NCBI GenBank assembly: GCA_951406725.2
Contig: OX597826.1
Coordinates: forward strand, 84,072,001 to 84,136,000
Length of the DNA stretch: 64,000 nt
DNA from: Octopus vulgaris
Lineage: Eukaryota
Direction: 5' to 3'
In this document: in pieces, positions 38,735 through 51,200 of the stretch
How the letters are laid out: every line of letters starts with the position of its first letter
Numbering within the stretch: the stretch's first letter is position 1
Made by a program: the position numbers and the translations under genes
Notes under the pieces: model-generated
Told to the model about the DNA's origin: nothing
The model's database searches: none
Seen by the model: only the letters and a program-made list of their open reading frames with translations

Positions 38735-40195
38735 TAATGTGGAAGACAACTGGACAATCTGCTGAGAGCCACTGACCAGATCTGTGGATGGACCAAAGTC
38801 CCATCTCGATCCAAGGTAACGTGGTGGTGGAACAATGTGGTTGACAGGGCTATTAGAGAAAAGAAACGGGCTTGGAGGGACTGGAAGAATGGAGGTAGCA
38901 GGGAATTGTATCAGACTGCCAGAAGGGAAGCTAGGAGACAGGTATATTTAGCCAGAAGGGAAGCAGATAAGAAAAAATTTGCCAATGTTCTGCGCCGTGA
39001 GGACCAAAGACTTGAGGTATTTCATGTTGCAAGACAGTGTGTGAGAGAGAATCATGATGTGGTAGGAGAGAAATGTGTTCGCATGGATAATGGTTCACTT
39101 GCGCTAAATGAGGATGCAAAGCGAGAGGTTTGGAAACACCATTATGAGAGGCTGCTCAGGAGCAATAAACACTGAAAATGCACAGAGACCATCTTCCGCC
39201 ACATTCCAGGGAGAAAAACTAGAAATAGTTGATAGCTTCCATTAACTAGGTGACCAAGTCAGTAGCCGGGGTGGGTGTGCTGAAAGTGTAACTGCTAGGG
39301 TAAGAATTGCCTGGGCAAAGTTCAGAGAGCTCTTACCTCCGCTGGTGACAAAAGGCCTCTCGCTCAGAGTAAAAGGCAGACTGTATGATGCATGTGTACG
39401 AACAGCCATGCTACATGGCAGTGAAACATGGGCTGTGACTGCTGAGGATATGCGTAAGCTCGCAAGAAATGAAGCCAAAAGTTGGACCTAAGAAGCATCA
39501 ATTGTGGTTTGCGCTGGTATACTCATGTGGTGAGAATGGATGAAGATAGTTGTGTGAAAAAGTGCCACACCCTAGCGGCTGAGGGAACCTGTGGAAGAGG
39601 TAGACCCAGGAAAACCTGCGACGAGGTGGTGAAGCACGACCTTCGAACTTTAGGTCTCACCGAGGAAATAACTAGAGACTGGGACCTTTGGAAGTATGCT
39701 GTGCGTGAGAAAACCCGGCAGGACAAGTGAGGCCATAACCCGTGCCCTCTACATGGGATGTAGCCAGTCCACTTATGCATACCTTTCCTTCTTGGGACAC
39801 AAAACTCTACTTGTGAAGACCTGTTGAGGCAAGTGAAAATGAAAATCAAAATCGTAATCGATCAACATCAATGGAATTTGTAGCTGTGATACCAGTGCCG
39901 GTGGCACGTAAGAGACCCATCCGAACGTGGCCATAGCCAGCGCCGCCCTGACTGGCCTCTGTGCCGGTGGCACGTAAAAAGCACCATCCGATCGTGGCCG
40001 TTGCCAGCCTCGTCTGGCACATAAAAAGCACCCACTACACTCACGGAGTGGTTGGCGTTAGGAAGGGCATCCAGCTGTAGAAACACTGCCAGATCAGACT
40101 GGGCCTGGTGCAGCCTTCTGGCTTCCCAGACCCCACTTGAAACGTCCAACCCATGCTAGCATTGAAAATGGACGTTAAACAATGATGATGATGAT
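38735..40195 (+). mobile_element. RTE family 1 copy with internal deletions removing RT
   Basis: Collinear with 41110-43718 except a ~1 kb deletion at ~39157 and two smaller ones; (GAT)n tail. Confidence 0.92.
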
Positions 40196-40416
40196 GTTTG
40201 GCTACATAGACCATAAGTTTGTGATCTGCACTGTCAACTTAGATAGGCAAGGACATAGCTACTGGAAGCTGAATGCATTACATCTGGCATGCCAAGCTTA
40301 CAGAGACCAGATTAGAAAATTTGTTTGGTGAGCATTGACAAGGTTAGTCATCAACAACAAATTTAGTAAGGCATTGACGGTAGAAAGAAATAGAGGGCAA
40401 ACTTGGTTAAAAACTT

Positions 40417-43400
40417 GTAGATAAGGTGCTGAAAAATGGGTAGATAAGGCGCTGGAAAATGGGTAGATAAGGTAATAGAGGTAATCAGAGTAAGTGATAG
40501 AATACTTAAGATTAGATTAGTGCTTCATCATGGATTAGCAACCATTATATCGGCCTATGTCCCTCAGCTGGGGCTACCCGATGGACAGAAAGACCGATTC
40601 TATGACACCCTACTGCAGACTACCTCGTTGACGAATGACAGAGACCTTCTCTTTGTGGCTGGTGACTTCAATGGTCATGATGGACGACATGCTGGGGGCT
40701 TCCATGGTGTACATGGAGGCTATGGTTATGGTTCCCGCAACGAGGAGGGAATCAGGCTGCTGGAGTTCTGCGATGCAAATGATCTTATGGTTTGCAACAT
40801 TAACTTCAGGAAACCTACTAGTCACCTACCGATCGGGCCGACATACCAGCCAAATTGACTACATCCTTGCCAGGAAAAGGGAAAAGATGGCTGCTTATAA
40901 ATGCCAAAACCTTCCCAGGCGAAGAATGTTCCCCACAACATAGACTGGTAGTTAGTGACTTTAGGATCAGGACTAAGAGGACGACCAGAAGACGACCAAC
41001 ATGGAGAAGAAGGATCTGGAAGCTTAAAGATCCTGCGAATGGACAGAGATTTAGACACATATTACTTGAAGCCTTTGACGAAGTAGAAGGGGATATAGCT
41101 TCACATGGGGTAAAAGACAACTGGAGGTTTCTAAGGGACAACCTGCTGAGAGCCACTGACCAGATCTGTGGCTGGTGCAAAGTCCCCTCTCAAACCAAAA
41201 TAACGTGGTGGTGGAACAATGTTGTAGACAGGGCTATTAGAGAAAAAAGACTGGCTTGGAAGGACTGGAAAAATGGTGATAGCAGGGAATTGTATCAGAT
41301 TACCAAAAGAGAAGCTAATAGACAGGTTTATTTAGCCAGAAGGGAGGCAGGTAAGAAAAAATTAGCCAATGTTCTGCGCTGTGAAGACCAAAGACTTGAG
41401 GTATTCCATGTTGCAAGACAGTGTGTGAGAGAGAATCGTGATGTGGTAGGAGAGAAATGTGTTCGCATGGATGATGGCTCACTTGCGCTGAATGAGGATG
41501 CAAAGCATGAGGTTTGGAGACACCATTATGAGAGGCTGCTAAATAAGGAAAATAAATGGGATAAAGAGAGTCGACCCAACAGAGGGACCAGCTATCCAAG
41601 TTGACAGTTCCTTAGTAGTTAAGGCAATTACAAGCATGAAGACAGGGAAAGCTCCAGGCCCATCAGGAATTACTGCAGAGATGCTTAAAATATCTGGTAG
41701 TGTCGGCTATAGCCTAGTCACCCATATAGTTAACCAGGTGATACACGAAGGAGTCATACCCAATAACTGGGGTAGCAGCATAATAGTCAACTGCTACAAA
41801 GGTAAAGGTGATGCCCTATATACAAATAATTACAGAGGTATCAAGATGTTGGATCAGGTAATGAAGGTTACGGAGAGGGTCATAGCCCAACTGATTAGAG
41901 AGAGAGTCAGCTTGGATGAGGTGCAGTTTGGTTTCGTGCCAGGGAAAAGCACCACTGATGCCATATTTCTGGTGAGACAGCTGCAGGAGAAATACCTAGC
42001 CAAAGATAAGCCCCTGTACCTGGCTTTTGTTGACATTGAGAAAGCCTGCGACAGGGTCCCCCGATCCCTTATCTGGTGGTCAATGAGGAAACTAGGGATA
42101 CTTGAATGGTTAGTGAGAGCTGTGCAAGCCATGTAAGTAAGGTGAGGGTTGGCAACAAGTACACTAAAGAATTCAGGGTAGAAGTAGGGGTTCACCAACG
42201 TTCAGTCCTCAGCCCCCTCCTATTTATCATAGTCCTCCAGGAAATAACGGAGGAATTCAAGACAGGATGTCTCTGGGAGCTCCTCTATGCTGATGACCTT
42301 GCTCTAATTGCTTCAAGTTTCAAGTGTGGAGACAAGGATTAGAATCGAAGGGCCTAAAGATTAACCTAGCCAAAACCAAAGTCCTAATAAGTAGGAAGGT
42401 AGGCAAATCACAAACGCCTTCAGGTAGATGGTCCTGTTAGATCTGTAGAAAAGGTGTAGCTAGAAACTCTATAAGATGCACCAAGTGTAAGCTATGGACA
42501 CATGAGGTGCAGCAATGTCAAAGGAAGGCTAACTGGGAAGATAGTTTTTGTATGTGGCAGATGCTCAGGAGCAATAAACACTGAAAATGCACAGAGACCA
42601 TCTTCTGCCACATTCCAGGGAGAAAAACTAGAAGTAGGTGATAGCTTCCGTTACCTAGGTGACCAAGTCAGTAGCGGGGGCGGGTGTGCTGAAAGTGTAA
42701 CTGCTAGAGTAAGAATAGCCTGGGCAAAGTTCAGAGAGATCTTGCCTCTGCTGGTGACAAAAGGCCTCTCGCTCAGAATAAAAGGCAGACTGTATGACGC
42801 ATATGTACGAGCAGCCATGCTACATGGCAGTGAAACATGGGCCATGACTGCTGAGGATATGCGTAAGCTCACAAGAAATGAAGCCAGTATGCTCCGATGG
42901 ATGTGTAATGTCAGTGTTCATACTCGACAGAGTGTAAGTACCTTGAGAGAAAAGTTGGACCTAAGAAGCATCAATTGTGGTGTGCAAGAGAGACGTTTGC
43001 ATTGGTATGGTCATGTAGCGAGAATAGATGAAGATAGTTGTGTGAAAAAGTGCCACACCCTAGTGATTGAGGGAACCTGTGGAAGAGGCAGACCCAGGAA
43101 AACCTGCGACGAGGTGGTGAAGCACGACCTTCGAACTTTAGGTCTCACCAAGGAAATAACAAGAGATTGAGACTTTTGGAAGTATGCAGTGAGTGGGAAG
43201 ACCCAGCAGGACAAGTGAAACTATAACCCACTTATGCATACCTTCCCTTCTTGGGACACAAAACTCTACTTGTGAAGACCTGTTGAGGCAAGTGAAAATG
43301 AAAATTGAAATCGATCAATGGAAATTGTAGCTGTGATACTAGTGCTGGTGGCATGTAAGAGAACCATCCGAGCGTGGCCGTTGCCAGTGCCGCCCTGACT

Positions 43401-43718
43401 GGCCTCCGTGCCGGTGGCACGTAAAATGCACCATCCGATCGTGGCCAGCGCCAGCCTCATCTAGCCCCCGTGCTGGTGGCACATAAAAAGCACCATCCGA
43501 TCGTGGCCGTTTGCCAGCCTTGTCTGGCACCTGTGCAGGTGGCACATAAAAAGCACCCACTACACTCACGGAGTGGTTGGCGTTAGGAATGGTATCCAGC
43601 TGTAGAAACACTGCCAGATCAGACAGGGCCTGGCGCAGCCTTCTGGCTTCCCAGACCCCAGTTGAACCGTCCAACCCATTCTAGCATGGAAAACGGATGT
43701 TTAACGATGATGATGATG
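40417..43718 (+). mobile_element. RTE family 1 LINE, 5'-truncated, EN+RT+PHD, pseudogenised
   Basis: SAYVPQ, AGDFNGH, QIDY, QHRLVV, KAPGPSG, YRGI, QFGF, LAFVDIEKA, LSPLLF, LLYADD, FRYLG, LHGSETW, WYGHV, then 3'UTR and (GAT)n. Confidence 0.95.
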
Positions 43719-45251
43719 AAACACTCAGAAAAGGCATCATAACTGACGTGCTCATGATAAAATTGGCCCTGGACCAATTCTTCAATGCTAAGCATGAAGG
43801 ATGCATTGTTAGAGCTAAGGCATTTGCTCTAAGAAATGATGTGCAGGGGCGCAACATGGAAAGAAAGCCACAATTCAGTCTTTGGTGGATCAAAATAGGT
43901 GTTTGGTACCCAATCTAGAGCAGATATGTGCTGCATTTCAGCAGCACTTTGCCCAACTGTTTGAGATGAATGGTAGTCCACAATGTAAGATGGGCTGCGT
44001 GGTGGGGTGGCGGGAGGGAAATTGCCTTGTTTGGATGGTCTGCCCTACAAGCTTTACCTTTGTATGCCAGAATTGTTTGGTAGCCTATAACCAGATATCT
44101 TCTGCAACTTTCAGCAAAATGGGAAAATTCTAGTTCTGTGAGTCAAGGAACAGCAGTACTGCTAAGAAAGGACTCAAACAAGAGGGGATGAGTAACATCC
44201 CAATCAGATCTATCCACGACAACTTCTACCTCATGTGATGCATCGTACTCACTGGGTAAAGAAGCTGGCATGGATGAGGTCCTGATGAATTTGGATCAAT
44301 CAAAAGCCTGTGATAGGATTGACTACTAATACTTGCTAGCCAGTTTTGTTTCCCTTTTCTGTGACTGGATTGCCACAATGTAGAGCAACATCTTGGTAGT
44401 TTGGGTAAATGGTTACTTGCCAGAAACATTCAGTATCATATAGCTTGTCTGTCAAGGGTGTGCCCTCATGTCTTTTCTCTATATACTGGCTTTAGAGCCA
44501 GTATGGTGTCACTCAGCTGGGTTTGACTCAGATGTGTACACAGCAACAAAACTGTTCTGCATTCTCTCATCCAATGTGCAAGCATTGCTGGCTTGTTGGT
44601 TCATGTCATACAGCTGCTTTATGTATAGGATGGGCCCAGCTATCAGATGAGTCTATTGTGAAGATTGTCCTGCCACATTCTTTTAGCCAGGAAGGGCAGG
44701 CAGTGTTCATTGATCTTGTGATTGTAGAAAAAGAGGTTGTGTGGTGAACCAGGTTAAAACATATAGACCAATACTTTCCTCTTTGGGCAAGTCTTCATCA
44801 ACTTTATCAAGTTTTACTTGAAAAGGAAGTTGAGGCTAGAGAGGGAAGTGATGTCTCCCAGTAATTCTTTTTTGAAGGTGGGTGAACTGGCCTACACTAA
44901 GCATGTACTCCTAGATTGAAGGAAGGCCATATGGAGAGAGCACCTCCCTTAGTGGTCAGGGTGACCGAGGTTTAGTGGAGTCTCCATGAGCAGCTCTAGG
45001 AAGTCTCCCTCTGTTGGAGAATTTTTCATTATTGCAATTTATATTGTTACTGTTTTAACTTTTTCCACACTCCTCTATGTAATCCCACTTGTTATTATCC
45101 TGTGCTGTGCCCAGTGAGTTTTGTGAACCCTGAGTGGTAAATAAAGAAAGCATTATTATTATTTTTAATTATCAGTAACAATGGTGGACTGGCAGAATCA
45201 TTACAGTATAGAGTAACAAATACTTTACAATGACTTTTTTTTCTTTCCCAG

Positions 45252-45427
45252 ATTGCCAAAGATGTTCAGATATATTGTTTCTCAAAAGTAGGGACAATAA
45301 TTATGGCTGAAAACAATTCCAGTTATACTCCAGTAACAGTATATATTAATGGAAATGATAAGTCCAGAAACATTGTATCGAGCAGAGGGTCATTTACTTC
45401 AGAAGATACTGTACCTCCATTGCATCG
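45252..45427 (+). CDS. CAPN15: Calpain-15/SOL-like exon 10
   Basis: tcccAG / GTgagt. Encodes IIMAEN..NIVSSRGSFTSEDTVPPLHR, matching SOLH NVVSTRG..DxVPPLHR. Confidence 0.92.
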
Positions 45428-45499
45428 GTGAGTTCATTTTCTTTGTTGCTGTCATTGTTGTTGTCCCTTTTTCTCATTAACTAGGAATTTATTCTTAGC

Positions 45500-47545
45500 T
45501 AGGATAAATTTAGTCTGTAGGTAGGCATTCACCAAAGCTTGCTTTTTGGGCCCCTCCTCTTCATTATTTTCCTCTAGAGAGGAATTTAAGACTGGCTCTT
45601 CCTGGGAGCTACTATATGCTAATGACATTCCTTTCAGCAAAATCTGTAAAAAAAAGTTAGAAAAGAAATTGCAGGTGTGGTAGCAAAACCTATAACCAAA
45701 GAGTTTTAAATTTAATTTAGGAAAGATAAGAGTTCTAGTAAGCAAGAAAACAGACAGGACCCTATCCTGCTCAGGTAAATGGCCCTCTCACCATGTAGGA
45801 AAGGGGAAGTATCTAGTATAAGCTATGGACACACAAGAGGTACTCTGAAATTGCAGGAAGGTTAATGGAGAAAGTATATTTTGTTGGTGGAAGATGCACA
45901 GGTGTTATAAAGTCCAAGTTCATATGGGATGTTGGTCCTCTTAAATTCTCTGGAGGCTTTGAGAAGTAATAGCTAGCTTTTGTTACCTAGGCAACCTAAT
46001 TAGCAATGGAGGAGGATATTCTAAAAGTTTAGTTACTAGAATGGAGAAAGTTCAGGGAGCCATTACCTGTTGGCAACAGAAGGTCTCTCTCTCCAAATGA
46101 AAAGCAGATTATATGATGCTTGGGTATGTATAGTGATGCTTATTTAGTAGTTTGACATGGACCCTGAATACAGATGACATACAAAGACTAGAATGGAATG
46201 AAACTACTATGCTCTTTTAGATGTGCAGTATTAATGTACATGTACAACAAATTGCAAATGTATTGAGTAAAATTTGACATAAGAGGAATCAAATGTAGCA
46301 TACAAGAGAGAAGACTGCATTGGTTTGATTCTGTGATACATATGGATGAGGACAGTTTCATTGCATAAACAAGTGCTGATCACTTAAAGTAGCTTGAACT
46401 CATGGAAGAGGTTGACCCAAGAAGACATGGATTGAGATATTGAAGGCTGATTTCAAGATGTTGAGCCTTACAGAGGAGATAACAAAGGACCAAGCAGACT
46501 CGCCCATTATGGTAAAAATGATATCCTAAAACCACTCAGATATGTTTGTATGTATGAGGCCATGTGCCCACTCCTCTCTCCCTGACGTATCAACCATTCC
46601 TCCCCCAACATCTATGGTACTATGTGGTTGCTGTACTCACTTGCAAGAAATATTGTATGTATTGTATGTATTACATCCCATACCCTTCCAAACATTATCC
46701 CCCCCCCCCCCAAGCTACTTCTATTCCTAATCCTCTCTACCCAAACCATTTCAACCAATTACCTCTTTTCTGTGCCTTTAACCACTGCTCTTTCCCCCCT
46801 CCCTTCTATTATATTCCATTCTAAACACTTCTGTTATCATTCTCCATTACCTCTCATATCCACCATGTATCACTCTCTCTCTCTTTCCACAGTTGCTACA
46901 CCTTAAATATCATTGTATTACTTTCTATTCTATTTTTCCTGAGCCACTCCTTTATCCCTCACCTGACATCTCTGCATACTCATATTTTCCATCATTTACA
47001 CCCTTTTCTTTGTTCTTCACCCACTACACTAAGCTCTATCTCCATTTGTTTATTACCTTCTCAGATTCTTATGAAAGAATCCACTTTCTCATCCCATCCT
47101 TGTTCCTTGAGAGTTTGCTTTAGGACGCCTTCACTACCTTTGTTTCTTTTTTCTCCTTCAGCTGTATACCTCCACCATAGCAAAACACCTGTGCTTATCC
47201 CTCTAGCATACTTTAGCCTTTCAACATCTGGCATACTGCCACTCATCTTCACCTTCCCCTCTTGAATACTTCTTTGTAGTGGGAGCTTTTTCTTCCTTTC
47301 CTTCTCCCCATTCTCTATTCTTTGCTGTCTTACAAGTTACATGGCAACCTTATTAGTACCATTGATGCAAAAAAAGCACCCAGTACACTCTGTAAAGAGG
47401 TTAGCATTGAGAGGGGCATCCAGCCATAGAGACCATGCCAAAAATGACCATGTTGGAGCTCAGCATGGCCTTTGCAGCTCACTGGTTCGTTGTTAAAGCA
47501 TTCCAACCCTTGTCAGTGTGGAAAGCAAACATTAAATGATGAAAA
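45500..47545 (+). mobile_element. Old RTE 3' half with ~800 bp CT-rich 3'UTR and tail
   Basis: Degraded WELLYAND..YLG..RRLHWF..GR.KKTW (45500-46500), CT-rich tract 46560-47330, tail 47330-47545. Confidence 0.75.
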
Positions 47546-47644
47546 TAAGCACCACACTGAAATAATTACTGAGGCCAGTGGAATTCACTAATGATTTCAA
47601 GGTGTTACTCCAGCATGGATACAGCCTTATGATTGAAACAAACA

Positions 47645-48350
47645 CACATCAGAGTGTACTGGGTTTTTATTTTTCATTTTTATTTTTACACTAGCTCTAG
47701 CAAGGTTGCCATGCAGCTGGCATGATGAAAAATCCTATTGACTGAGTGGAGGGTGAGGTGGCTGTACGCTAGATGAGGCATAAAAGCATGAGAGAAGGGA
47801 CCGAAACAGGACAGGAGTTATATGGCTACTTATTGGTGCAATGGTGGTAAAATAGCTATGCACAAGCGAGGGTGGGTGTGACCATGGTGGAATTGGAACG
47901 AAATAAGAATATCAATGGTGTGGTGTCAGAATGACTCCTCAAAGTAGAAGTGAAAACATGTGGGTGGTGGGGATCGAAAACGGGCTATGGATGAGTAGAG
48001 GTTGCTGCATGAGTGTGTTGAAGATGGAGAATGGGGGAAGGGCTGAATGTAATGAAAAATAAGTGTTGATGGATGTTAAATAGGGAAAGTAGGAAAGAGT
48101 AGGTGACATCTGTAGAAAATGGGTGGGTTTGAGAGTTGGATAGCAGGTGAGGGTGACTAAGGATATGATTTGGGGGAGAGTGGGAGAAAAGTGAAGAGTT
48201 CAAGAATACTAATGTTACTGATCACCGAGATGAGTTGGAAGGGCTGCATCTTTCTCGCATTTAATTCTTGATTTAGTTCCCCTGGTTGGCTGTTCTTTCT
48301 AACACCAAACATTTTGCAGTGTCCTGGATGCTCTTCCCATTGGACCAACA
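47645..48350 (-). mobile_element. Old RTE 3'UTR (purine-rich on +), tail-to-tail with the preceding copy
   Basis: Begins with the reverse complement of the tail motif (agagtgtactggg), then a GA-rich tract. Confidence 0.5.
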
Positions 48351-49657
48351 CTAGAGACGTTATGTCAAGGACATGACTAAAGGGGTGTAATTGGGTACTT
48401 AGAATTCTGAAATATATACATATACTTAGGACAATATAAGGCTAAGAGTATAGGTTGATGACAAAGGCAGTGTCATCAAAATGGAGCAGGGGTATTCAGG
48501 AGCAATGATATTCAGGATGTGTGGAAGAGAAAGTGTTTGCAGATTATATCATCACCATCATTGTCAATATCATTGTTTTAACATCCATGTTTTATGCTTG
48601 CATGGGTCAGATTAAAAAACTTTGGGCCAGAGATTTTATGGCTGGGTGTCCTTACATTGCCTCCTTCTAGACAATGTAATAATCCCACAGTCTATCAAAC
48701 AACAAATAACCTGGACATGGTGATATGTGTTATATGGTGAACTGGAAACAAACACCACCATTTTGAATGAGCCTTTTGCTTAAAAAGATTACATGACACC
48801 CAAGATTTATCAAGAATCACAGTCCTGCCTTCAAACAAAAATCAATCATTTGTATGAACAGTAAGGCCTTTGTCTACACTCAGCAAGCACACATGAAGAT
48901 AAGAGGAAATACAATCTCTCTCTCTCTCACTCACTCACTCACACACACACCAAAAACTGACAAGCTTCTTTCAGTTTCTGTCTTCAAATTGCACTCACAT
49001 GGTATTGCTTGACCTATGGTTGTATTAAAGGATACAAGCCAATAGTATACATGCTGCAAGGCCCTAACCACATGGCTTTGAAGTGAACTTCTTAACCATA
49101 CTGTCTTGCCATAAAATCTTTAGACAATTTCATCTTTCTAAGAATATCTAGAATGACTATTATTTAATGTTTTATATACATTTTAAATATTGTAGAAATT
49201 AACTGCTATTTTCATCATGCTGAGTGACTAATTACTATATTTGTTTCTACTGTCCCACTTTCTCTTTCTTATTTTTTTTTTTGTGCATGTAGTCATTCAT
49301 ATAGTTATTTTATGTTTGCCTCTTCTCTTTCTTGATTACTTGCCTTTGTCTCTTTCCTGAAATTCTCTCTCTCATTCGCTCACAGAGAGAGAGAGGAGAG
49401 AGAGTTTAATCTTACAGGCAAAAAGACTCTGCACATAGCTTTTTTTTGGAAAAAGTGTCAGACAAAGCATTTTTAATTTATGTGTGAGAGTGAGAGACTG
49501 TGCATTGTGAGGTGAACAGCACTAAGATAACCCTCACTTGCAATGTTTTCTTCACATTCTTGAGACTGAAATATTATTATTGCTTAAGCAAACCCTAAGA
49601 CTAAGGTCATGTTGTAATATTTACCAGCCTCTATATATAATTATATTTCTTTTTCAG

Positions 49658-49802
49658 ACAAGTTATAATGATTTTCACACAGAGAGAAAACGCCTACTAC
49701 CGTATAAGTTACAAAACTAAAGTTGATTTTAAGGCTAACTGTGTTAATAATCCTCCATTGGACCTACAAGTTAAAGCTCTGCACTCGCCACGCCCCATAT
49801 AA
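49658..49802 (+). CDS. CAPN15: Calpain-15/SOL-like last coding exon
   Basis: tttcAG acceptor. Encodes QVIMIFTQ..NPPL..LHSPRPI, then TAA at 49800-49802, like the SOL C-terminal LHxPRPL. Confidence 0.92.
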
Positions 49803-50579
49803 AAATAAAAAATAATGGCGGCAACAAGACTTCAGCTGTTGGTAAGTTACCTGAAAGTTAAAATATATTTAGATATTCACCAGTTCAACCTAATAAAATC
49901 ATATTTAAAATACCATTTTATTGAAAACATCAAAATTTAAATATAAAATTCAATAATCTTGATAGATGCTAACAATAAAGAAGAGGATGCATCTTGCATT
50001 TGTGAGGTACCAGATTTGATTCTACTGTTTGGCATCTTGGGAAAATGTATTTTACAAAATCCTGGGACCAAACCAAGCATTGTGTGAAAATTTGGGTTGT
50101 TTAGAGTTAATTCATCCCTGATTAAGCAGACATATCATCAAGGTATTCTGGCAATGACTGTCTCCTATTTTGTATCTATGACTACCTCATCCATTGTCCT
50201 TCCCTCTCTTTTGAAGATAGAGCATCTATTGTCAATGAATTGAAGAATGACACAGTAACTTCCTTGTTGACATCAAAGTGCATCAGATGAACTATTTGTT
50301 GTTCGATGGACCAGCTTTGTCTGAATGATGATTATCTTACAGGTTTAGTTAAGTAATCACATAGAAGTAAGGTGTTTAGGATGTTATGGTTTGGTAAACT
50401 ATATAGTAGGGTTATTTCTGTCTGACTTCATGAAGACAAAAATTTGGCAAGAAAATAAACTGTATATCAGAGAATGATCAAAATAATCATCTTGTTTTAA
50501 CTATTTGTCTAGTTAAATATGCCTTCAAATCACACCCTACCGTATTAAAGGAAGAGTCATTGTTCAATGTAGTTGTATG

Positions 50580-51200
50580 TATAAATCAACATTTTACATC
50601 TATTTTTCATGTTTGCTTATATTAAAAAGGTTTTCTGCAACCCAGTAGCCCACTATTTATTGTTCCTTTGTGAGGTTCAGCACCCTGAGGTTAGCTTTCT
50701 TCACTTCTATTTTGTCTTCTTGAAGTTTCCTTTTCCAGCCACTTGGATCTCCTGATGCCTCTTTATATGACTACTAGTATCCATACATATTACATAGCTA
50801 CGTCACTTCAGTATCTTGCAGACCACACCTGATTTCTTTTGTGTCCAGTATTTCTTTTAAGCTCATATATACCTTGTAGTTCATTCATACTAATATTCTA
50901 CATATAACAGAGCATGCTTATTTCATTTTTGTCTAGTTTTTACAAATCCTCTGCATTTGTTAACTCATATCTCACTACCATGTAATTTCACACTTTGTAT
51001 ATAAGCATTGTTTAATCTACATTTACTCAGAGAGAATGAATGCCCTTGATGTCAGCAAATGCAATAGCACCTTGAACTTATTCCACCCTATTCTTATTCT
51101 GGCTATTATCCTTTTGAAGCACTTCTCTTCATCACTGATTAGGTTGCCTTGGTAATGGAAGCTATAACCAATTTTTGTGGGGCCTTCTAAGCATTAAAGA
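50580..51200 (-). mobile_element. Highly degraded RTE 3' fragment
   Basis: Reverse strand resembles FHYQGNLIS..RIRIGWNKF..LHGSEIW. Confidence 0.55.

Larger units (their letters stand above)
37110..45163 (+). mobile_element. Degraded L1/Tx1 LINE split by two RTE insertions (pieces 37110-38730, 40196-40416, 43719-45163)
   Basis: ORF1 knuckle remnant near 37190. EN RIGSINAHGL/LDPEG/VYA. After the first RTE, DHKFV..YWKLN; after the second, GCIVRA. 3' end aataaagaaagc(att)n. Confidence 0.75.

Noticed and set aside
43340-43560. CRISPR-like repeat-spacer appearance in the RTE 3'UTR
   Set aside because: The intervening segments are homologous to each other, the array is part of a LINE UTR, there are no cas genes, and the context is eukaryotic.
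40417-43718. Active, autonomous LINE
   Set aside because: It is 5'-truncated, with several frameshifts and in-frame stops (e.g. 42134 and 42438).
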